A stretch of 63,905 nucleotides of DNA, filler included, from Dimorphilus gyrociliatus (GCA_904063045.1; 6 parts of 6 records of this genome joined end to end with filler, not necessarily neighbours in it); one strand, 5' to 3'. Shown: positions 36,253-49,029, counted from the whole stretch's first letter. Notes: generated from the sequence alone by a model not told the origin. Numbers and translations: made by a program.

Positions 36253-38098
36253 TGTTAGAACGAATAGCACCTCCCCTCGGCAAATAAACGCCCCAAGTTT
36301 TCCTGTTAATTTACCACAAAAAAAATTTTTTAACTATTTTTAAACCCTTTTTTGTTATTTTCGTAAGGATGAATAAACGCCCTTACCGAGATAGCACAAA
36401 TCGCTTACGGTGGGAACAAGTAAATTAATAGGAGATTTTTGATTTTTTTGTTAAACATTAACAAATAAACGCCCTTACCAAATTACCAAAAAAAATCCCT
36501 ACTAGTTTAATATAAGAATTTTTAATAAGGACCTATCTACGATTTTTTGATTTTTTAATTCATCTTTAATAGTGAAATTATTATTAGAGATATCAATAAC
36601 TGTATAAATTTCACTATAATATAATGAAACTAAAGGATGGCGTCTTGTATTTATATTTGTATATCAAAACATTTCGCAAGAATACATTTATCTCCTATAT
36701 TTAATTCGCTATTATCTATAATTGACTGTTATGTCCCTCAGTATATCGTCTAACATAATTTTTTATATCTATTTCTTGCTAGCTGTAGAGCATTCATACT
36801 GTCAAAATTAACATTATTTGGATCTATTCCTCTGAACAACACAAGAGGTTTGAAGATTGCAGTGCTATGCACTATGTTATTATCTTGATATACAATATCA
36901 TCATGTAGATCAATCCATTTTTCTGTTCCTTGTAGTCCTTTTCTTAGCCTCGGCTTTAAAGTTCTATTAAACCTCTCTATCACTCCCTGGGATTGAGGAT
37001 GTCTGGGTCTACCTGTTATATGAGATATATTATATTTACTACATAATTCAACCATATTATTATTTATAAACTCCCAACCATTATCCGTATGTAGTATAAT
37101 CCATGGGCCTTCAATTCTAAATATATTTGCGAAAATATTGAATACTGTTGAAGCTTGTTTATTTTTTAATTTTTAGCTGAATACATATTTTGAGAAACAA
37201 TCTATTAAACTAAGTATTTACTTACATTCTTAATTAAGCCCTGTATATCTAGATAAACCAATTATATCATCTTGTAATTTTTAATGAACATTATATACGA
37301 CTATAAGTCTAATTGGCGCTATACTAGATATAGAGACTACTCTTTGACATACTTCACATGATAAATGTAATTTCTTACATGATATTCCGTAACATCAGCA
37401 AAATATGCTTCTATATTTTGCTTTATTTTTCTTGAACAAACATGGCCTGGTAAATGAAATTGTTTGATTATAATGTTTCTTCCTTCCTCGTCATAGCTGC
37501 ATATATATTTTCTGGATTCTGGTCCATTCTTTAAATATAACTCATTGTTTATTATTAGAAATTGTTGTGCTTTGGCTTTAAATGTGCGTTTTTGGTATTT
37601 ACTAAGACCATTAGGATATATCGTATTTCTTAAATAAGCAATTAATTGATCTTTTTCGGTAGAAGTATTAATATTAGGAATTTTTGGCATTGGACAGAAA
37701 AATGTCAAAAGCTTTTAAAATATTATTTTTACAATAAAGATCGTATCACAACAATTAAATATATGATATATCACAAATATACAAAAAATATATACTAAAT
37801 TAAAATTGTTATAGTCTTAAGAATTAAAAAATGTACTGATATAACACTTTTAAAATGAGATACATTTTTTAATATTACTTAAAAATTTTAGAAGATTAAT
37901 AATTAAAAATATTTATTGAAAATTTTTATATTAAATTAGTAGTAATTTTTTGTGGTTATTTGGTAGGGGGCGTTTATTCGTCCTTACCAAAATAACAAAA
38001 AAGGGTTCAAAAATAATCAAAAAGTGTTTTTTTTGTGGTAAATTAATAGGAAAACTAGGGGCGTTTCTTCGTTGATAGGGGTGTTTTTCAACCCTACA
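36253..38098 (-). mobile_element. TIR-flanked retroviral-type integrase element (Ginger2/TDD-like DNA transposon)
   Basis: Termini TGT...ACA. About 135-bp imperfect inverted repeats at 36253-36387 and 37962-38098, with the repeated motif aataaacgccc. Encloses only an integrase; no RT, gag or LTRs. Confidence 0.8.
36750..37708 (-). pseudogene. rve integrase with a degenerate HHCC-type region, disrupted
   Basis: FHLPGHVC..; ILSLIDCFSKY; ILHTDNGWEF; GRPRHPQSQGVIERFNRTLK; internal stop and frameshifts. Confidence 0.9.
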
Positions 38099-38584
38099 AT
38101 AATTTATTTTTAATGTTTTAAAATTTTGAATAAAATTCAGTGTTTATTATTTTATCAGGATACTTTTTAAAAGAATGTTTAAAAATTGTATTTTTAGGAT
38201 TAAAAATGGTTAAAATAAGCTTTTAGGTAAAATTTAAAAACAGCAACAAATATATTAAAATTAAAAGAACAAGAATAGAACATATTTAATCATTTAAACA
38301 TTAAAATGACTCGTTCTTTATAAAGAGGCGGGGTTATTTACATTTAAGATATGAAAAAGTATTAAGAAATGTAATTACTAAATATATAATTTAAAGTTAA
38401 CAATAATATTAAAATACAATTAAATATAAATTCAGACAGAAAAAAATAGTCTGAAAAAGTTATCCGTTATTTAAATTTAAACATTGTATAAATAGATATT
38501 TTATAAAAGGTCCTTTTTCAAAAAAGTTTTAAACTGAATTTAAACTACAAATTTAATTATTACTTTCAAGCAAAAGTTTAGCAA

Positions 38585-38684
38585 NNNNNNNNNNNNNNNN
38601 NNNNNNNNNNNNNNNNNNNNNNNNNNNNTTAATTAATTAANNNNNNNNNNNNNNNNNNNNNNNNNNNNNNNNNNNNNNNNNNNN
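38585..38684. other. Artificial contig linker
   Basis: Same 100-bp structure. Confidence 0.98.
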
Positions 38685-40760
38685 TGCTTTGGAGAAATGC
38701 GCAATAGTTCTTCATTTCCATCTTTACAATTGATAATTCCATTGCATACTTGGGATAATTTGATAAATTTCTCATTTTATGACATCTGAAGAAGTTTTTT
38801 GGATAGAAATTTTCTGCTTTTTAAAAAAATATGTTTAAGAGGAAACAGTTTTTAGGATTTCTACTACTACAACCGCAGTTAACTTCATCGCCATGGTAAC
38901 ATTGGCTAGTCTTATGGATAGCCAATTGATGATATTCCATAATAACATTGGTTTTTAATCAATTTACTGGTATATCTTTAAAGATTTAAAACCTCTAAAA
39001 TAAAGTAGAGGTCTTCGTCGTCACAATCTTGTTTAAATCTTTTATTAGAGGCTATGCTATGGATACAAGTCTTGTCGCATTCAAATTGATAGATATCTCT
39101 ACAACCCTTCACTAAAGATAAATGATATTTTTCTCAACGGTTGATAAATTCGCTACTTCCGTCAAAACAATCTTGTCATTATCCAACAATTGATGTTTGG
39201 GAATACATTGCTTGTTATTTTTGCATTGATAATAATCACTTTCAGGGCAAGGTTCAAAAACTGTAAGAGATTTTTATTGTTTTTTTTTAAGTTTAGTAAA
39301 GTATTCAAAAGTTAGTGTCACTGGAAAATCTTAATCAATGGATGACTTGTATTGTTTTGATTTTTGTTTCAATTCAAACAATAATCTCTCTTTAGGCCTA
39401 ATTTGATTAGATTTTCTAGAACACTGACAAGATCAATTATAATTTTTTCTTTGAATTTTTAAGTGTTTTTGTATTTGCTTTTATTACTTGAACCAGTTTG
39501 GCATATTATAAATTTGAAAAAGTTTGCTGACAATCAACTTCTTTTGTTTCAATGACTTTTTTGAAGAGGTAGTGATATTTCAAAACAAATTTCTGGTACA
39601 TTTCTCTGTCTTGCAATTCTACGTATAAAATTGTGATGTGAATTCTGAGAAATAGATTTTTTTAAAAATTTCTTTATACTTATTAACAAAACAACATTAA
39701 CAAACATTTGCTTGCACTTTTTTCACTTCGAATTTCATAACTTGACAAAGAAAAGTACATTCACTTCCAATATTATTTTTTAAAGGTATCCTAAAAACTT
39801 GCCTAACAACACCATAGGTTTTTGACAATAATACAAAATTCTTGACATTCAAATTCTCATTATATTTTCTAGTTAAATCTGAAAAAAATTGCTGTTGAGT
39901 AGTAATATTAAAGGTAAGACTTCCATTACCAAAAAGTTCAAATAATACTATTTGTTTTTGTGAATGAAGTTTGTTCAATTAATGTAGATTTCAGAGAGAT
40001 TTTGTTCAAATTTTAAATTGAATTGTGTTGTTTTGCATAAATTTCTCCTTTCTTCTTTAGTTCCATAAACTTGAAAGATGTGGCCATTATTCCTATAGAA
40101 TAATTTATATTTATCATCCTTTCCATACTGTGAAAAAGTATCTTTTTTTAAAAAAAAAGAAAATTAGATCAGGATTTTGGAGATTCTTATGCTAATTCAC
40201 TTTGAAAGGCAAAATTGATGTCATCTTTACCTCTTTACCAACTAAAATGGTAAAGCCTTCATTTTTAAATACTTCAAAACCTTTATAAATGAATTAGGTT
40301 TATATTGTCATTTAATTTTTACATGTTTGATTTCTCTTGTAACATTTTAGAAATAAAAGTTTAGTGGAAATTTTCTTTTTGTAACAAACTCTGAAAAGAT
40401 TTTTTTGCAGATAATTAATGTTTTTTCAATATATTTTGGTTGGTGGAAAGAACTCAATAAATTTTTAAGAAGATTTTGAAATTAAGAATTCAGTGAATTT
40501 TCTCTCAAATCTTCTATTATCAAGTTGAAATATAAATGCAAAAACAGAAAAGAAAATCTACTGGTGTTTTATTTTTTTTTGGTTTTTAAGTCTAAAAAAT
40601 TGTTGGTAAATAATTTGCAAATATGTTTTAGAGTCTAGAGAGAAGAAAAGATAAAATGACAGAACTTCTTATCAGAGATATTTTTGTCAGTATTTTTTTC
40701 TTTTCTTTTTTTTTCCATTCTCTCTCGTTTACATTTGAATATCATTTTTAGAAGTTATTA

Positions 40761-41351
40761 CTACAGGTGCAACTTTTTGACGAGTGAAAATGTTCCATTT
40801 TCTAAATTTGGATGACAAACAACAGTTATAAATTGAAATACGTTAACACCAGGTGCATTTGATAGAAAACAATTGCCAACTTGATTATTTTCAATCATCT
40901 GACAGCCATCAATGATTTTTTCATGAAAATGTTCAAAATGTTTCTTCGTCTCACATTTCATAATGTATTGACCTTTCATTACTTGCCAGCATACGTAGTT
41001 GCAAGCTGCTACTTTTTGAATTGATATTGAAAACATTAAAGGGATAATATACTGAGATTTTGTGATAAAATGCTGTTCTTCTGTTGCAGAAGAAAACTTG
41101 TTAAACTCAATATCATCATCATGACCCTTATCTATCTTCCATGATAATGAATTATTGACATTCTCAACAGTACAAAAAAATGAAGATTTTGTAGATTCTT
41201 GTATTATCTTTTCATGACTTGTATGGAAATTTAATAAGGTTTTCTTGCAAATGTCATAATATTTTAAATGCTGTTCATCATTTTCTTTTATCCTAAAAAT
41301 TTGTTTTTCAATCTTGAAGAATAGATTATAAAGATTTTTCTTTGTCAACAT
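40761..41351 (-). CDS. ORF of unknown function, 196 aa, possibly one exon of a larger gene
   Basis: Long ORF for this base composition; no motif recognised. Confidence 0.35.
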   Translation of the reverse strand: MLTKKNLYNLFFKIEKQIFRIKENDEQHLKYYDICKKTLLNFHTSHEKIIQESTKSSFFCTVENVNNSLSWKIDKGHDDDIEFNKFSSATEEQHFITKSQYIIPLMFSISIQKVAACNYVCWQVMKGQYIMKCETKKHFEHFHEKIIDGCQMIENNQVGNCFLSNAPGVNVFQFITVVCHPNLENGTFSLVKKLHL

Positions 41352-41677
41352 TGAAAATATAACTGTAAAAAAATTAAAAATTTGAAATTTAAATTTAAAA
41401 TTCTCTCTTTATTTATTTTAAAAATAAATGTAAAATCAACAAAATGCTCTTTTTCTTCATACTTCAACATTACATTGAATTTGAAATTAGTTGTAATCTC
41501 TCAGATAGAACACTGATCGATAAAACATTCATAATGAGAATAGTATTGTAAAATAAATACCAATGTCAATTAAAGGGGGGAAAGGGGGTCACACAGTTTT
41601 TATACAAAGTCTACACAAAGATATTAATACTATTTCATAGTAGAGTATAGTTGTGCAACAGGACAATTTGGAGAATT

Positions 41678-42387
41678 ATGAAGACATTATTTATTATTGT
41701 AATTTGTGCAACTTTGATTGGATTATCGTTGTCAAGAGAGGAACCGGAAACAGTTGTAAGAAAATTTTACATTTTTCATGAAATTTTTTTCAAATGTCTT
41801 CTATATTTTACTTTTAAAGTTGAAATCCTTAAAGCAACTACTTTTAAATGACGCCGAAGAGAAATTGGTTAGTAGAATAATGTGAATTAGACGCCTATAG
41901 TATGAAATATTCAAACAATTTACTAAAATTTTGTTCTTTAGTATAGGCCTACACTACAAGGCCTACAGTTATTCAATTTGTTTTAGTTATGTATATATTT
42001 TCAATATTTTTAGATGAGATCGTGGAAAAGATTACTGGTAGAAGATGCTCAGGAAAGGGTTAGTTAACAAATTTAGTAGGGGTGGAGGGATGGGGGGCGG
42101 AAAGGTTTAGAAAGTAAATTTTACTCTTTATTCAATAGGCCTTGGAGGAATTAGCGCGCAAAATGGAAAATTTCGATAAGAAGGGGTTTAGTCGACACGG
42201 CTGATTGGCTTGCGAGAAATTAAATAATCTTTATACAAAAATTCAAAAATTAATTGGAAAAAAATTTTAAATAATTCAACTTTTGAATAAAAATCATTCC
42301 AATTGTTTATCATGTTACGCATTTCTACTTTTTTTTTTATCAATATTGTAGGAATTTCGTTCTCGTCCCAACCGAAATTGTCTGTAA
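41678..42387 (+). CDS. Four-exon small secreted peptide precursor, 68 aa
   Basis: Exons 41678-41755, 41820-41867, 42014-42058 and 42352-42387, all GT-AG and phase 0. Translation MKTLFIIVICATLIGLSLSREEPETVLKSLKQLLLNDAEEKLMRSWKRLLVEDAQEREFRSRPNRNCL*. Confidence 0.65.
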
Positions 42388-42888
42388 TGGTTCAGGGACA
42401 GTTCGCCCTTTTTTCAGGGATAATATGTCCCTCTTTAGGATCAATTGACCATTAAGTAAAGGGAAGTGTTATGCTATACTTACGAGTCATACTTTTTTAT
42501 GTTATTAATATATCTTTGATATTATATATCTGCAAAACATACCTCATTCGTGTAATTGTTACCTGTTTGTGTCTCTGAAATAGGGCAAACAGTCCTGACC
42601 CCGTCTGTAACAATACGCCAAAACACTAGTTCAAATAGATTTTAAGCTATAAGCTTTTTTTGGGTATGATGTAGCAATTTTTGTAACATTCAATTCAATG
42701 ATTGAATTTTAAATGTTGGAACTGGTCCAAAAAGTCAAGTTTTTACCTTTTTGGTACTTTTTAGTTTAGGAGCTAAATTAATGTTGATAAGTAGTTGGAG
42801 TGACATAAATTAGTGATGGTGAATGCACTCAATCCAATTTTTATGGGTGCCCTTGCCATTTTGAACGTATCAACCACATAAATGGAAG

Positions 42889-42983
42889 GGATACGACAGA
42901 AAACGTCCCCAAATGCCTGGTTTAACCCTAACCCTAACCTAGCCCTTGTCTCTCTCTAACCTTTTTGATTACCCCTAACCCTT
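42889..42983 (+). mobile_element. 5' half of the MULE-type MITE
   Basis: Nearly identical to 29447-29541 (ggatacgacagaaaacgtccccaaa..aaccctaaccctaacctag), then truncated. Confidence 0.9.
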
Positions 42984-43859
42984 TCTATTGAATTCCACAA
43001 CTAGTCTTCATAAAAACTAAAATTATTTGCATCCGTCTTAACTTCTGTATAACCTCTAATACTCTGTCGACAATATGGGCAAATTGGTTGTTGAAGATAG
43101 GAATGCTTAGAATGATTTATATACTTTGAGGTTTGCCTCTGATATCGAATATCAATCATGTCATCATGATAAATGTTTAGGCATTGAAAATGCTTTTACA
43201 GTATTTTTGGGAGATTGTTGCAGTACACAGCAAACTTGTCCAAACGTGAATGATTGCCCTAACAATGGAGAATGAATTGCAGACGATAAATATAAATGCA
43301 ACATTCATAACTTTGAATAATTGTAAGGATTTTTCAGACTTCTTTATATAAATCGAATGGATATGAAAAATTTTCTTTTATACCAAACTAGTCGTGCCAA
43401 CTACTTTTGCATTATTTAATTATTTAATATTCGTTAAACATTAAACACAAAGTGTTCAAAATGATTTAAGATTAAGGATGTTATTCTTATATTTCATGTG
43501 AAAGTTATCTACAAGGTTTTATGGTTATATGGTTTTAATTTTATACTATTTGTGTTTAATATATGAACTTATGGCTAAAGTTCAAGATTAGGATAGGGAA
43601 ATAATGCCTTCTCCTACTTGCTAATGTTAAACAGTTTTTAAAAGCAATAAATCAAAGTATTTTTATGGTTATAGATAACAGAAAGGTAGCTATGTATGGT
43701 TATAATTAAGCAAAAGAGATGAACTTGATGGTTATAAAACTTATAAAAGAATTTTTACCATTGTTCTATTAAAATTGAGTATTATAGAATTAACAATTAT
43801 CATGTCAAGCAAGGAATTGCAAGAATTCTTGCCCAAAATGCGCTGAAGGAAGAGATTGC

Positions 43860-45830
43860 TTGATTAAAGTCTATTTAGATAAAGATAATAGAAAATCGAA
43901 CAACACAGAATATTTTAGGAAAGAAATGATTGATTCTCAGGGAAAGACAAAAAGTTTTGAACAGTCTTCTCTTCCCTTCTATGAATGCACTAAGGATAAT
44001 TTTATTCAATTATTAAGAAAAAGTAATGATATAAACACTATAATTCTGTCTAATAATAGAAATCTTGAAGATATTCAGCAAGATATTTGTCAAAATCTAT
44101 CAAAATCATCCAACACTCTAAAACATATTGAATTTGAAGATTGTAATCTCAGTAAGAGGCAATGTAAAGATATTGGAAATATGTTAAATGAATGTTCTGG
44201 TATAGAAACAATAAATTTAAGCTGGAATCAAAATTTGAAAAATGGTTTAGAAAAAGTTTCCAATGGACTTTTAAAATCATCAAATAGTTTAAAATATATC
44301 AAATTGAAAGCTTGCGATCTGACTGAGAAACAGTGTGAAAGTTTTGGAAAATTTTTGAAAAATTGTTCTAAAATTGATAGTATAGACTTTGGTTATAATA
44401 AAGGAATGGGAAGAGGATTATCAATGATTTGTGATGGACTGTCTTCATCATTACATACTTTAAAGAATATTAATTTTCAAGATTGTAATCCGCTAGATGA
44501 TCAATATAGATACTTTAAAAATTTCCTAACAAAATGTCCTAATATAGAAATGATAACTTTTAACTGGAAGACAGAAATGGATGGAAAATTAATGGATACT
44601 TATAATCAGGATCTACATGGATTGGATAGTTTAAAGGAAATAAATTGTAAAGATTGTAATTTAACTGAGAATCAGTGTAAGACTATTGGAAAATTTCTCA
44701 ACAGTTGTTCAAAAATTGAAATGATAAATTTTGAATGGAATCAGGGAATGAATGAAGATGGTTTGATAAATATTTTTAAAGGACTTTTACCATCAGCAAA
44801 CAATATAAAGGATATTAATTTTCAAGCATGCAATCTAACTGAGAATCAGTGTAAAATTATTGGCAGTTTTTTGAAAAATTGCTCTAAAATAGAAATGATA
44901 AATTTTAGTTGGAATCAACAAATGAAAAATGGATTATCAAGTATTTTTGATGGACTTTTATCATCATCAACTACTTTAAAAACTATTATCTTTCAAGCTT
45001 GCAATCTAACCGAAGATCAATGTAGAATTATTGGAAATTTTCTTACAAATTGTTCTTGTCTAGAAAAGATAGATCTTAGTTTTAATCCAGAAATGGAAGA
45101 TGGATTAATAGACATTTGCAATGGACTTTCATCAAAACCATCAAATAGCTTGAATGATATAAATTTTCAAAATTGTCAACTAACTGAGGATCAGTGTAAA
45201 TTTATTGGAAAATTATTGAAATCTTGCGCAAAAGTAGAAAAGATTAATTTAAGTTCGAATGCGGATATGGAAAATGGATTATCTAATGTTCTTCATGGAC
45301 TAAATCAATCGTCAAATGTTTTAAAACAATTTTTTTTTCAAAAATGTATGCTGACTGAAAAACAGTGTGATCATATTGGAAATTTCCTAAATCATTGCTC
45401 TAAAATAGAGATTATCGATACCAGTTTAAATTATGGAGATGGACTATTCCAATCGTCAAATTCATTAAAAGATATCAATTTTGAAGAATGCAATCTAAAT
45501 GAGGAAAAATGCAAAATAATTGGAAATTTTCTGGGAAATTGTTCTCAATTGGAAAATATCAATTTCAATTGGAATGAAGATATGGAAAATGGATTAATTG
45601 ATCTTTGTAATGGACTATCATTACAATCATCAAGCACACTGAAAGGTTTCTCTCACATACCACTCTGTTGCATTTTCTCTTTACATACTAATCCCTCTGT
45701 TCATATCCCCTACAACACCTCTGACGCAATGTCAGGACAATATCATTGGGGTGAACTGTCCCTGAAGAGTAATTACCATGGTCAAATTGATATTGGCAAA
45801 TATGGGCTACAGTTATTTTCAGCTGAGTAA
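43860..45830 (+). CDS. Ribonuclease-inhibitor-like (RNI/NLR-type) LRR protein, about 9 repeats of about 56 aa; true start and end uncertain
   Basis: Unit NGLxxIxxGLxxSSxSLKxINFxxCNLTExQCKxIGxFLxNCSKIExINFSWN. Frame extends upstream to about 43794 with the Cys cluster CQARNCKNSCPKCAEGRDC. Confidence 0.88.
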   Translation: MIKVYLDKDNRKSNNTEYFRKEMIDSQGKTKSFEQSSLPFYECTKDNFIQLLRKSNDINTIILSNNRNLEDIQQDICQNLSKSSNTLKHIEFEDCNLSKRQCKDIGNMLNECSGIETINLSWNQNLKNGLEKVSNGLLKSSNSLKYIKLKACDLTEKQCESFGKFLKNCSKIDSIDFGYNKGMGRGLSMICDGLSSSLHTLKNINFQDCNPLDDQYRYFKNFLTKCPNIEMITFNWKTEMDGKLMDTYNQDLHGLDSLKEINCKDCNLTENQCKTIGKFLNSCSKIEMINFEWNQGMNEDGLINIFKGLLPSANNIKDINFQACNLTENQCKIIGSFLKNCSKIEMINFSWNQQMKNGLSSIFDGLLSSSTTLKTIIFQACNLTEDQCRIIGNFLTNCSCLEKIDLSFNPEMEDGLIDICNGLSSKPSNSLNDINFQNCQLTEDQCKFIGKLLKSCAKVEKINLSSNADMENGLSNVLHGLNQSSNVLKQFFFQKCMLTEKQCDHIGNFLNHCSKIEIIDTSLNYGDGLFQSSNSLKDINFEECNLNEEKCKIIGNFLGNCSQLENINFNWNEDMENGLIDLCNGLSLQSSSTLKGFSHIPLCCIFSLHTNPSVHIPYNTSDAMSGQYHWGELSLKSNYHGQIDIGKYGLQLFSAE

Positions 45831-47145
45831 ATTTGAGACAACTTTTTGACAAATTTTTGAGAAAATGATTAATTTTATTGGCCAATCAATTTAAATAGTA
45901 TCACTGTATAAAAGTGTCAATATGTTGAAAATCATAGAGTTTAAAACCTTTTCTTACAAATGAAATTGTGTTTAACCTCTTGCTTAGTTCTATTTAAACT
46001 ACTAATATTAGTATTAGAACATGTGCAAAGCCTCAATTTCTATAAGTTAGTCAATTAAATACTAACATTTTTATTCATCAATTGTAAAGAATTATCTAGG
46101 TGAGTCATTAACTTGTAATATGGTAGAAGTATTGGCTTACTCCTAATTCAGACTTTGCAAAAAATGTAGAATATATTTGTTGAATTACTTTGATGAATTG
46201 TTATAACAGCTAAAATCTGTTAAAACAAGTGACATTTTCTTGTTAAAGATTGAGTTCAAAATGTATCCCTCACCACATCATCTCTATCAATAAAATTCAT
46301 ATTATAATTACAAAACTAAATGTAGATATATTTCCTTTCCATCTGTACATTTCAACTTTTGAGGATTATATGGACAATTTTCTTCATCAGAGTTATCACT
46401 GCAGTCATTAAACCTATCCCAAATTTTGCATTGTGCTTATACAATATAAAAAACTTTTGAACAGATGTGAAATTTTGGTTAAAGAAATACTCTTCAATAA
46501 AATTTTTCATCATTATAAAATAGTAAGTTCTCTGTAGTTTTTAAAAAAACCAGTTTTAATGAGTTGATTAATGTACACATACATTCGTCAGCTATATTCT
46601 ACAATAGAGAAGTAGTATTGAACCAGTATTGTACTATGCAGATAGCACTGATAAAGATAAGCAGTAGTGACCTAGTTTCGCATAGGGCAGTGCATACACA
46701 TTATGCAGTAATAAAACCAATTGAATTATATAAAGAATATTTGCTATTTGCAACCTAGCATTAATATTACAATTTATTAATCCATACATTTATGATTTCG
46801 AACTAAAACTAGTTCAATTAATTATCAATTATGCTTCAATTCTAAGTTTAGATTATATTCACTATTCAACAGTATTGTATACACAATACTGTTCTTTTTA
46901 ACATGCATTAATCAGATATACTTCCTCTGCATATGCTGATGCTAAATTTACTAACTCAATCAATTCAATATCATTATTAAGGTAGAATATAAAAACGGTC
47001 AAATATACAATCTACATGTTTTCTTGATTGTTCGACTTGTCCTACTAAAATTGTTACATCTTATGCAACTCTCCAACCTGAGAAATTCAACTATTATTTA
47101 GAAGTGGAAAACAATAAAAACATGACCATATTTACAACTTTTCTT

Positions 47146-47506
47146 TGTCTTCAAATGTTACTTTTGTTTTTGTGAACATTGAAATTTGTGAACTATCAAC
47201 CCTTAAAAGAGTATATAAACCCTACGAAATTAACAGTTGATAGTTCAGTTTTCTAACCGTCAGCTAGTTGTTTAAACTAGCTTGTTTAGAACTAGAAGCT
47301 CATTTTACTCAATACATATTCTTTGGACGAAATACTGGTGTTTTGTTAATCAATTTCTACCGAAATTGCCTTTGTTAGACTATTTGTGGACGAACTTTAA
47401 AGGTTCTATTTGTTTGAGTACTTTGGCAAGTTGGTAAATGATTGGAAAGGACGATTACAGTTGTGATGAACCAGAAATTCCTACAATTACAATACAACAA
47501 AGTACA
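47146..47506 (+). repeat. Longest copy of the dispersed ~360-bp repeat
   Basis: Aligns with 61074-61317 (5' part) and 22675-22940 (3' part); contains gagtatataaacc. Confidence 0.9.
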
Positions 47507-47988
47507 ATTAAAAAAATTAAAAGGATGAAATTATGCCAAAATTGATTATTTCATAGATTGGGTGTGGTGTTAAGTGTTTGAGGTGTAACATTGACTTACC
47601 GCCGGTACTGTATAGGAGTCATTCGACAGATGAATCTTATTGATAATCTTATCTAAATTGACAGGAAACAACCTCAAACTTATGAAAAATCTGTGACAAG
47701 ATTGATGACCATTTAAAAAAGGCCTATTTTATTGAATTTGTCTACTTATTATAGAGAAAACAGAATATTGAAGTAGAGAATCTATAACATTGGAAAAGAA
47801 CCAATAGGAGTTGTATTATCAAAGATTTACCAAGACTGTGATAAACCATAGTGACAGAAATTGAGGCAATAATTCATAGTTGGATTTGGTCAAAAGTTTG
47901 TATCTTTCAATCAGAAAAATTCATTGGCTTAGTTCCCAAAATGTATTCTATCTTTCTCAATTGTGAATTTTAGAAACATTAATTAGAT

Positions 47989-48296
47989 TTAAGCTTTCAA
48001 ATAAAATTGGCATTCTGTGAAAATTTTATTATAAATAATTGGATTTTCTGAAAGTGTAACATTTTGTATAGCATGTGAAATAATTGAATGAACATTTGAG
48101 ATTGTAACTCCACAAGTTGATATAAGAGCTACATAGGTAGTATTTCTATCAATCATAATATCAGCTAATAAATTTTTATAATATCTTTTTGCCAGTGCTA
48201 ATTGTTCCTTTCCATAATTTTGTGATGAATCAACATATACAATAATTTCAGGTCGAAATTTTCTGGCTTCTTGTATTTGTACATTGCAGTTAAAAA
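47989..48296 (-). pseudogene. von Willebrand factor A-like exon (not in the ORF track)
   Basis: After the acceptor ttttgcag: EIIVYVDSSQNYGKEQLALAKRYYKNLLADIMIDRNTTYVALIST, resembling vWA DIVFLLDSSGS..V.LV.F; stops early. Confidence 0.5.
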
Positions 48297-49029
48297 CTGC
48301 AAAAAAAATACCAAAGGTAAAAATTTTCGAACTGACAACATCTTTTTAATTTGAAATCAAAAAATACAAATTTTAGTATTTATATGCAATTTTTTTCTTT
48401 TATAGATAATATAGCATTACAGATTTTTTGAACAGATGTTTGTTTAATTTTAAGAGGATTAAATAAATTCCAATGAAATTAATTTTTCAAGAAAGCTTTG
48501 AATGCAACATCTTTAAATATTGTATTATAATCAATGAGTATTATAAAAATTTTATAAAAAAATTTCTAAGCTTTTGTCTAGTGCCTGGAGATTTCAATCA
48601 ATTTGGTATATATCTAAAAATAGAACTAAAAATGAAAAAGGTAGTTGAATACAGTTCTATTGGAATTCTATTGTATCATACTGCAAAATATTACAACTAT
48701 CAGTATTACTACTTAATTTCTTTAACTATGAGTCTATAATAATTACTGATTCCTGGACTGAATCAGATACATTAAAAGTCACATGAATTTATGATAATGA
48801 CTGATTCATGGTCTGATTTAGAAATGTTACAAATCTCTTCTCCAGATGAGGTTGCACAGTGAGCTTTTCAAACTATCAATAACTTGATAAATAGCATTTT
48901 ATACTTTATTACTTATTTAAAATTTATGAATAATTTCAATTTTTTTATATTCTGAATATTTATGTCTCATAACACAAAAAGAGTAATCTTTGAAACTTTC
49001 ATAAAGGACAGAAACAATATATTCTTTTA

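Noticed and set aside
36253-38098. LTR retrotransposon or Maverick
   Set aside because: Flanking repeats are inverted, not direct; the element is 1.8 kb with no RT, gag, protease or polymerase
38685-40760. Possible decayed gene continuing from 40761-41351
   Set aside because: Many stops in all frames; no recognisable domain
47146-47506. Firm solo-LTR call for the dispersed repeat
   Set aside because: TG...CA ends are possible, but no 4-6 bp TSD and no PBS/PPT were found
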